Positions 58,014 to 64,000 of a DNA stretch of 64,000 nt are shown here, in pieces; the first letter of the stretch is position 1, and each line of letters begins with the position of its first letter. The DNA is taken from NCBI GenBank assembly GCA_003551845.1, contig PUNQ01000032.1, positions 23,414 to 87,413 on the forward strand, written 5' to 3'. A program made the position numbers and the translations under genes. Under the pieces are notes generated by a model. It was not told where the DNA came from. It did not search any database and worked only from the letters and a program-made list of their open reading frames with translations. The DNA is from Candidatus Nealsonbacteria bacterium (lineage in GTDB: Bacteria > Patescibacteriota > Minisyncoccia > Minisyncoccales > PWPS01).

Positions 58014-58886
58014 ATGGACAATTTATTTGAAAAAAGTTGGTTTTGGATTATTTTTGTCGGTGTGGTCGTTGCCGGTTTGATTTTGGTTATAGGGATCGGA
58101 GATGATCCGATCGATGAAGATGCGGCGATAAGAGTCAATGGTCAAGTAATAAGTCAGCAGGAATTGGATCAATACGTCAGTCAGGTATCTCAAGAATTCC
58201 AGATGTACGGAATGCAAGTCGGAGAAGAAGAGGCAAAAAGAGAAGCGGTTCAAAGAGCCATACAGGAAGCTCTATTGAGAGATTATTTGGATGAAAGGGA
58301 TTTCGAAATAGACGAGGAAGAAGTTGATCGTCAATACGAAGAATTAATGACCATGTACGGAGCGCAAACAGAAGAAGAGTTTTTGGCCCAGATGGAGATG
58401 CAAGGACTCAGCACCCGTTCCGAAATTGAAGATATTTTGAGATTCGAATTAAAAATTGAGAAATTAATTGATTCTTATGAAGAAGAAGTGGATGAAGTGA
58501 CGGATGACGAATTGCAAGAAGCTTATGATGATTATGCTGCTCGGATGGAGGCGATGGAAGGTTTTGAAGAGATGGATCAGGAAGTTCCCACTTTTGAAGA
58601 GATGGAGTCCGATTTAAGAGAAAACCTTCTTCAGCAAAGAATTACTCCTTTGATTCTTACAAGGCTCGATGACTTGGAAGAAGATGCGGATATAGAATTC
58701 TTCATCGATTTTGAATATGAAGATTTGGAGGTTGAAGAAGAGGGGATCGATCTCGATTTCGATGAAGATGATGCCGAAGATGTAATCGAACTTGAAGTGG
58801 AAGATGAAGAAATTGACATGGAGGTTGAAGACGAAGAGGTCGAGGACGCCATAGAGCTGGAAATAGATCCTGAAGACTTGGAATAA
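58014..58886 (+). CDS. SurA N-terminal-domain-like exported chaperone, hyper-acidic
   Basis: TM, AIRVNGQVIS, IDEEEVD; very D/E-rich tail. Confidence 0.75.
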   Translation: MDNLFEKSWFWIIFVGVVVAGLILVIGIGDDPIDEDAAIRVNGQVISQQELDQYVSQVSQEFQMYGMQVGEEEAKREAVQRAIQEALLRDYLDERDFEIDEEEVDRQYEELMTMYGAQTEEEFLAQMEMQGLSTRSEIEDILRFELKIEKLIDSYEEEVDEVTDDELQEAYDDYAARMEAMEGFEEMDQEVPTFEEMESDLRENLLQQRITPLILTRLDDLEEDADIEFFIDFEYEDLEVEEEGIDLDFDEDDAEDVIELEVEDEEIDMEVEDEEVEDAIELEIDPEDLE

Positions 58887-58908
58887 AATTCGGAAGGAGG
58901 GGCTGCAA

Positions 58909-59328
58909 TTGCAATTTATACTTTTTATTATTTTGTCCGGCTGGTCCGTTGCGATTATATTTCGGTCATTATTTTTACCCAAAATAATTGAAAATAAGAT
59001 TGAAAAAGGAGACTTGCTCGGCGCTTACGATCTTTCCGAATTCTATTACGACTTGAATCTTTTCGGCAATCTGATAAATAGCATAGAAGAGGAATATGAG
59101 ATCCTACGAAAATGTGAGACTTACAGATTGTCTCGAAATGAGTTGGTTGAGTTGATTAGCTATATGGGTATTTTGCAAAAACCGAGTTCTGATTTTTACC
59201 ATCTGATAATCGAAGCCAAAAAGAGAAAAGACCCATTTCTTTTAGAAAAGATCAGGGATAACCATACTTCCGCTTCGTGGAAGAAGCAGCTTGAAAAAGA
59301 GCTTGACAAGGTTGAAGATGCCGGGTAG
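58909..59328 (+). CDS. hypothetical membrane-anchored protein
   Basis: AAGGAGGGG SD, TTG start, N-terminal TM, hairpin over the stop codon. Confidence 0.65.
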   Translation: MQFILFIILSGWSVAIIFRSLFLPKIIENKIEKGDLLGAYDLSEFYYDLNLFGNLINSIEEEYEILRKCETYRLSRNELVELISYMGILQKPSSDFYHLIIEAKKRKDPFLLEKIRDNHTSASWKKQLEKELDKVEDAG

Positions 59329-59377
59329 ACCCCGGCATTTATTTTGCAACGCCGATTAAAAACGATAAAGTAAAAAA

Positions 59378-60421
59378 ATGTACAAAAGATTTCTTTGGAT
59401 TTCTCATTCGGCAATCAATGCTTTCGACAGATGTCCACAATCCTATTATTATCAATATCAATACAAAAATCCGGAAACCGGAAACCGGATTCAAATTGCA
59501 AACCCTTATTTTTCATTGGGGCTTTCCGTTCATCAGACCATTGAAGCTCTTTCAAAGGTTTCGGTCAAGGAGAGGGTTGAAATTTCTCTGGAAGATAGAT
59601 TTAATGAGATTTGGAATGAATTTTCCGGAAAAAGGGGTGGCTTTATTTCCGAAACACAAGAAAATAGATTCAAAAAAAGAGGCGAGAAGATGATCGAAAA
59701 GGTTGAAAAATCGGATTTTTTACAAAAGCCGTCGGTTGATATGAAGGAAGAGATACCCAATATCGATTTGATTCCGGAAGAAGACATAAAATTAGTCGGA
59801 AGCCTGGATTGGATTCAAATATTGCCGTCCGGTGGATTGCATATAATCGATTTCAAAACCGGTAAAAATAAGGAAAAAAATAATTCTTTACAATTGCCGA
59901 TTTATAAAATATTGGCCGATGATAAATTGGACGACAAAGTTGAAAAGTTCAGTTATTGGTATCTGGAAAGTGGAAATAAGCCCACTCCCAAAGAATTTGA
60001 TTCGATTGATCATAGTCTGAAAAAAATAAAAGAAAAGGCATTGGAGATAAAAAGTCACGTTGAAAGCTCCCGATACCCTTGTCATTATAACGGGAGATGT
60101 TTCGCTTGTGGTGATTTTAAGAGAATATTCGATGGAAAAGCTGATTTTTTGGGGACGGATTCATCGGGTAAGGATCTTTACTTTATTTACAAACCGGAAG
60201 ATATCATAAAAAAAGTTATTGATGAAAAAATTCTCGACATCAGGGAGGAAAAAGTTTTTGAAATGAGGATGGAGGGCATGAAATTGGATAAAATAGAAAA
60301 AGAGCTTAAAATTCCCAAAAAAAAGCTTAAAAAGATTACCGATTCGATAAAGAAAAAGTTGATCGAAGCCCTTTCAACCAAAGAATTGAAGATATTAATT
60401 GATGAAAAATTGAAAAAATAA
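59378..60421 (+). CDS. PD-(D/E)XK nuclease (AddB/Cas4-like) with C-terminal HTH-like domain
   Basis: SHSAI..CP..Y, G..VH, GSLDWI..IIDFKTG, QLPIY, C..C..C; tail resembles sigma70 r4/LuxR HTH. Confidence 0.8.
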   Translation: MYKRFLWISHSAINAFDRCPQSYYYQYQYKNPETGNRIQIANPYFSLGLSVHQTIEALSKVSVKERVEISLEDRFNEIWNEFSGKRGGFISETQENRFKKRGEKMIEKVEKSDFLQKPSVDMKEEIPNIDLIPEEDIKLVGSLDWIQILPSGGLHIIDFKTGKNKEKNNSLQLPIYKILADDKLDDKVEKFSYWYLESGNKPTPKEFDSIDHSLKKIKEKALEIKSHVESSRYPCHYNGRCFACGDFKRIFDGKADFLGTDSSGKDLYFIYKPEDIIKKVIDEKILDIREEKVFEMRMEGMKLDKIEKELKIPKKKLKKITDSIKKKLIEALSTKELKILIDEKLKK

Positions 60422-60429
60422 ATTCAATT

Positions 60430-61029
60430 GTGCGAGTCTCGAAAAAAACCGAAAAATTAAAACGGATAAAGAATGAGATAATTTCGCTTGAGGAATCTCC
60501 ACTTTATGCATATAGGACGAAGAATAATTATTTTCCGGTCATAGGTGAAGGAAATCACGATGCCGACTTGATGCTCATCGGTGAAGCTCCCGGTAAAAAT
60601 GAAGCCGAAACCGGACGCCCTTTTTGTGGCAGGGCGGGAAAGATTTTGGATGAACTGCTTCGAAATGCCGGAATAGACAGGGAAGATATCTATATTACCA
60701 ACGTAATAAAAGACAGACCTCCCAAAAACAGAGACCCGCTTCCGGAAGAAATAGATGTTTATGCCTCATTTTTGGACAGACAAATTGAAATAATAGAGCC
60801 TTCGCTGATTGTCACTTTGGGTCGATTCGCTTCCAATTACATACTTCAAAAATACGGTTTCGGTGAAAAATTTGCAATATCTAAAATAAATGGTAAAATA
60901 TATAAAAAGGAGGGCTTGAACCTGAAAATAATTCCCGTGTTTCATCCGGCAGCCAGCATCTACAGCCCGGAAAGAAAAAAAGACCTGGTGACCGGCTTCA
61001 ATAAAATTTCAAGATTATTGAATAAATAG
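60430..61029 (+). CDS. uracil-DNA glycosylase family 4
   Basis: IGEAPG..E..GRPFCGRAG, ITNVIK.RPP.NRDP, LGRFA, HPAA. Confidence 0.92.
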   Translation: MRVSKKTEKLKRIKNEIISLEESPLYAYRTKNNYFPVIGEGNHDADLMLIGEAPGKNEAETGRPFCGRAGKILDELLRNAGIDREDIYITNVIKDRPPKNRDPLPEEIDVYASFLDRQIEIIEPSLIVTLGRFASNYILQKYGFGEKFAISKINGKIYKKEGLNLKIIPVFHPAASIYSPERKKDLVTGFNKISRLLNK

Positions 61030-61045
61030 GGGAGGTGAAAAGATA

Positions 61046-61510
61046 ATGGGATCCAAAGAGCTTCATGACAGGTATGTTGAGAAAACCGTTAGAGACCCCG
61101 AGATTTTGGGGATAAATAGTGAAAGAGTAATATACCGACAAAGTTCCCCCAAATTGAAAGACAAAAACAAGGAGACCGGTGACATTTTGATAGTCTGGAG
61201 AAGGAAACCGGAGCTCATTGAAATTTTGATTGCGGAGGTAACCACCGACAGCTCGATTTTCAAAAGAAAAATTGATAAAAGAAGGTTGAAGTTGTCGAAA
61301 GATTTCTTTTTGAAAAAAAGAGAAGAGGCTCTCGATTCAATTTGTGAGGTCATGAGCAAAGATATAAGAAAAATGGCGGAGAAGATTACTTTTAGAGGAG
61401 CAGCCATCTGTTTCGACAAAGCGACCTCCTTTTTTCATGAAGGTCCATCGAGAATAACTTATTATCCGGAAGCGGGAGGATACCTTATCTATGAGCAAAA
61501 GAGCGCCTGA
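61046..61510 (+). CDS. hypothetical protein
   Basis: GGGAGGTGA SD; terminator follows; possible nuclease-like GD..AEV core. Confidence 0.65.
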   Translation: MGSKELHDRYVEKTVRDPEILGINSERVIYRQSSPKLKDKNKETGDILIVWRRKPELIEILIAEVTTDSSIFKRKIDKRRLKLSKDFFLKKREEALDSICEVMSKDIRKMAEKITFRGAAICFDKATSFFHEGPSRITYYPEAGGYLIYEQKSA

Positions 61511-61530
61511 ATTTTAGGCGCTCATTTTTT
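61501..61530 (+). terminator. intrinsic terminator
   Basis: GAGCGCCT-GAATTTT-AGGCGCTC-ATTTTTT. Confidence 0.8.
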
Positions 61531-61594
61531 ATTGACAAATGCTTTAACGAGTATAAAATTAGTTAAAGGTTTATAAGTTTTATCAAAAAATAAT

Positions 61595-62338
61595 ATGGAT
61601 TATGGAATAGTAATATTGTTAATTTTAATCGTAATTCTTTTTTTGGTGGTAAAGATAGCCAAAGAATATGAGAGAGCGATTATTTTCAGATTGGGAAGAT
61701 TCTCCGGCATCAAAGGACCGGGACTTTTTTTAATGATCCCGATCGTGGATAAGATGGAGAGAGTCGATTTGAGAATTATAACTCAAGACGTCCCGCCTCA
61801 AGAGGTGATAACGAAAGATAATGTTCCGGTGAGAGTCGATGCAGTTGTCTATTACAAGATAATAGATCCGGAAAAGGCGATTATAGAAGTTGAAAATTTC
61901 AGAAAAGCGACTTCGGAAGTTTCTCAGACCACCTTGAGAGGAGTGGCGGGAGCATCCGAACTGGATGAGATATTGGCTGAGAGAGAAAAAATCAATGATA
62001 AACTCCATGAGGTAATAGACAAGGCCACGGATCCGTGGGGGATTAAAGTTACTTCGGTGGAGGTTAAGCACGTGGAGGTTCCGGAAAACATGCAGAGATC
62101 GATCGCCAGACAAGCGGAAGCGGAAAGAGCAAAGAGAGGAAAAATCATCTTGGCCGAAGGTGAATATCAAGCGGCACAAAAATTAAAAGAAGCGGGAGAG
62201 GTTTTGAATGCGGCCCCGATAACATTGAGATACCTGGAAACTCTTGCCGATGCGGCCAAGGAAGAAAATACCAGCATTCTTTTTCCGGTAGAGCTCTTGG
62301 ATATGTTCAAAAAAATTAATAAGAAAGATAAAGATTAA
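61595..62338 (+). CDS. SPFH/slipin (stomatin-like) protein
   Basis: EYERAIIFRLGR, GPGL, QEVITKDNV, QTTLR, WGIKV..VE, QAEAER. Confidence 0.93.
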   Translation: MDYGIVILLILIVILFLVVKIAKEYERAIIFRLGRFSGIKGPGLFLMIPIVDKMERVDLRIITQDVPPQEVITKDNVPVRVDAVVYYKIIDPEKAIIEVENFRKATSEVSQTTLRGVAGASELDEILAEREKINDKLHEVIDKATDPWGIKVTSVEVKHVEVPENMQRSIARQAEAERAKRGKIILAEGEYQAAQKLKEAGEVLNAAPITLRYLETLADAAKEENTSILFPVELLDMFKKINKKDKD

Positions 62339-62373
62339 TCAAGATTCGGTCAGCGGATCAAATAGCCGGTTAG

Positions 62374-62407
62374 AAAAAAGCCTCGCTAAAATTCAGCGAG
62401 GCTTTTT
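62374..62407. terminator. bidirectional terminator
   Basis: AAAAAAGCCTCGCT..AGCGAGGCTTTTT. Confidence 0.85.
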
Positions 62408-62423
62408 GAGATTTGCTCGTTTT

Positions 62424-63137
62424 CTACTCATTATCAATCTTGATGTGCTCGTATCTTTCGTTGATCTCAATTTCACTTTCTTCAAAGATCTTTTTCAATC
62501 TTTTTTCAAAAAGATCTTCCGTTTTCCTATCGATGAAAAATTCTTTTCCGTAGGGGTGTTTTAAAAATTCTTCTTTCCCCATATTTTCAACTTCCGGACC
62601 GAATCTTTCAATCGCTTCTTTGAATTTATCTTTTAGAAATTCTTTTGAAAATTTTTCTTCTCGGTATTTTCTTTCGGCGGTTTCTTCAATGTTTTTCATT
62701 ATTTTATTGTAGTGCATCTCTGTCCTTAAGTCCTGCTCCATCTCGGCGGGAGTCCTTTTTAAAAATTCGGCCATTCTTTCTATTATCTCCTTTGTAGTTG
62801 CATCCTTCCCCAATGGGTTGATATCAGGATGAGGTCCTAAAATTAAGGATTCGCTCCGACGCACACTTTTTCTGAAATCTTCATCGCTAAACTTCAAGCC
62901 GATTTCTTCCGTCATCAGGTTTAAAGCCCTTGCATTGACAAAGGCGGAGAAGACGGAATTTTTAATTTCTCTTTTTTGTTCTTCGTCTGCCGGCTCCTTA
63001 ATCTCAACTCTTCTTTCGAATTCCGTTATTTCAACCTTTTCTTCATTGAATCTGATTGCAAATTCTTGAGAGCTTGCTTGAGGACTTATTAAAAAGATGG
63101 AGCTTATAATAAAAATAAAAAGAGCTAATCTCTTCAC
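62424..63137 (-). CDS. exported SurA-N-like hypothetical protein
   Basis: GGAGGTGA SD then GTG at 63137; signal peptide; AIRFNEEKVEI..SEIEIN resembles SurA N-domain ends. Confidence 0.6.
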   Translation of the reverse strand: MKRLALFIFIISSIFLISPQASSQEFAIRFNEEKVEITEFERRVEIKEPADEEQKREIKNSVFSAFVNARALNLMTEEIGLKFSDEDFRKSVRRSESLILGPHPDINPLGKDATTKEIIERMAEFLKRTPAEMEQDLRTEMHYNKIMKNIEETAERKYREEKFSKEFLKDKFKEAIERFGPEVENMGKEEFLKHPYGKEFFIDRKTEDLFEKRLKKIFEESEIEINERYEHIKIDNE

Positions 63138-63156
63138 TAAAATCACCTCCATTTAC

Positions 63157-63185
63157 ATTATAAAATTAAAATTAGATTATGTCAA
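63157..63185 (-). promoter_or_regulatory. consensus sigma70 promoter
   Basis: TTGACA-17 bp-TATAAT on the minus strand. Confidence 0.85.
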
Positions 63186-63221
63186 GTAGAAAGCCCCGTT
63201 AGTTTAACGGGGCGCTTTGAA

Positions 63222-63704
63222 TCAAGGTTCAAAGAGCCACTCCGGCCCTTTAAACTCAACTTCTTTTACCTTTTCGAATTGAAGGCTTGTTTTCACGAGT
63301 TTTTCTCTGAGTCTTCTGACTCTGTGACTACCCCCGTAAGTAAATTGTTGGGGGTCGCTGAGCTCTATGGTCAGTAAACCGCTTTGCAGATTCACTCCGA
63401 CAACCTTTACTCCATGATCCGAATCCCAATCGGACTCGAATCCCAAAGCTCTTTCATACAAATCCAGTTCCGGACTGATTGTGAGCCGAATGCTTCCGGT
63501 GATGGGGGTTTCCCTATCCACCGCTCTGTATACCGGAAAAAGATCATCCGGTGTACCGAGGTTTTCTGTGATTTGTTGGTTGCTCACAAAAATCGGAACC
63601 AATAACTTTGAATTCTCGGCTAAAGATTTTTCAGCGTAGACGGAAATTATCAAACAAATTACAATAACAATAACAATAAGTAAAAGAACATTTTTCATTT
63701 TCAT
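63222..63704 (-). CDS. GerMN-like exported protein
   Basis: TM, GGSHRV..LVKTSLQFEKVKEV; AAGGAGG SD and TTGACT-17-TATAAT upstream. Confidence 0.7.
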   Translation of the reverse strand: MKMKNVLLLIVIVIVICLIISVYAEKSLAENSKLLVPIFVSNQQITENLGTPDDLFPVYRAVDRETPITGSIRLTISPELDLYERALGFESDWDSDHGVKVVGVNLQSGLLTIELSDPQQFTYGGSHRVRRLREKLVKTSLQFEKVKEVEFKGPEWLFEP

Positions 63705-63798
63705 GATAATCCCTCCTTATACTTTTATTATAGTATATTAATTATAAAAAGTCAAAAAAGGTTGAAGATAAGTGTCTTAAGCATTATAATCATGAAAG

Positions 63799-64000
63799 AT
63801 GTCAGATATATTTAAAAATATTATGAACCCTGAAATTTTATCGATCACTTTTCTTGGAAACACACTTTTTGATTATCTCGTATTTCTTTTATCCTTATTG
63901 GTTCTTTTTTTGATTATAAAAGTGGGTGAGGGGGCCGTATTGAACAGGTTAAAAAAAAGAAGAGAAAAGCTGAAAAAGGGTAGCTTTCCGGCTGTTTTAA
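63799..64000 (+). CDS. membrane protein, probably MscS family, 3'-truncated by window edge
   Basis: Open frame MSDIFKNIMNPEILSITFLGNTLFDYL..; FLGN..Y N-terminus typical of MscS homologues; only about 67 codons visible. Confidence 0.45.
   Translation, partial: MSDIFKNIMNPEILSITFLGNTLFDYLVFLLSLLVLFLIIKVGEGAVLNRLKKRREKLKKGSFPAVL

Noticed and set aside
59378..60421. CRISPR-associated cas4
   Set aside because: No cas1/cas2 or array in the window; stand-alone PD-(D/E)XK proteins are common
1..64000. Alternative genetic code 25 (TGA = Gly)
   Set aside because: Conserved genes are full length under code 11 and several end at TGA next to the following gene or a terminator

Overview
Gene-dense, AT-rich bacterial chromosome window, genetic code 11, mostly + strand. 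Gene content and style suggest a Patescibacteria/CPR (Parcubacteria-like) anaerobe: fragmented dcw cluster, short MurE, degenerate MurF-like protein, mostly SD-less AU-rich leaders. Strongly acidic exported proteins suggest a saline or soda habitat. Both points are inference. Housekeeping content: Clp ATPase (partial), mraZ-rsmH-ftsL-like-ftsI, rmuC, rplU, recR, dnaB, cysS, dnaX, murE, ddl, gdhA, xseAB, idi, dinB, two UvrD-family helicases, UDG and three tRNAs (Glu-CTC, Gln-CTG, Gln-TTG). Highlights: (1) a two-gene NuoF-like + complete [FeFe]-hydrogenase operon with no HydC and no maturases in the window; (2) a four-gene glycogen cluster with a GT3 synthase; (3) a WYL / Zn-peptidase / helicase-nuclease / TspO / DinB gene string; (4) a stand-alone OLD nuclease; (5) structured elements behind tRNAs, including a 15-nt antisense copy of the tRNA-Glu T-arm fused to a dispersed REP-like hairpin; (6) a radical SAM + GT2 cassette between two tRNA-Gln genes; (7) a set of orphan genes with canonical SD and terminator signals, including an unannotated 47-aa ORF; (8) clustered homopolymer frameshifts at 39.8-41.5 kb. 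All product calls come from motif recognition by eye; no database search was run.
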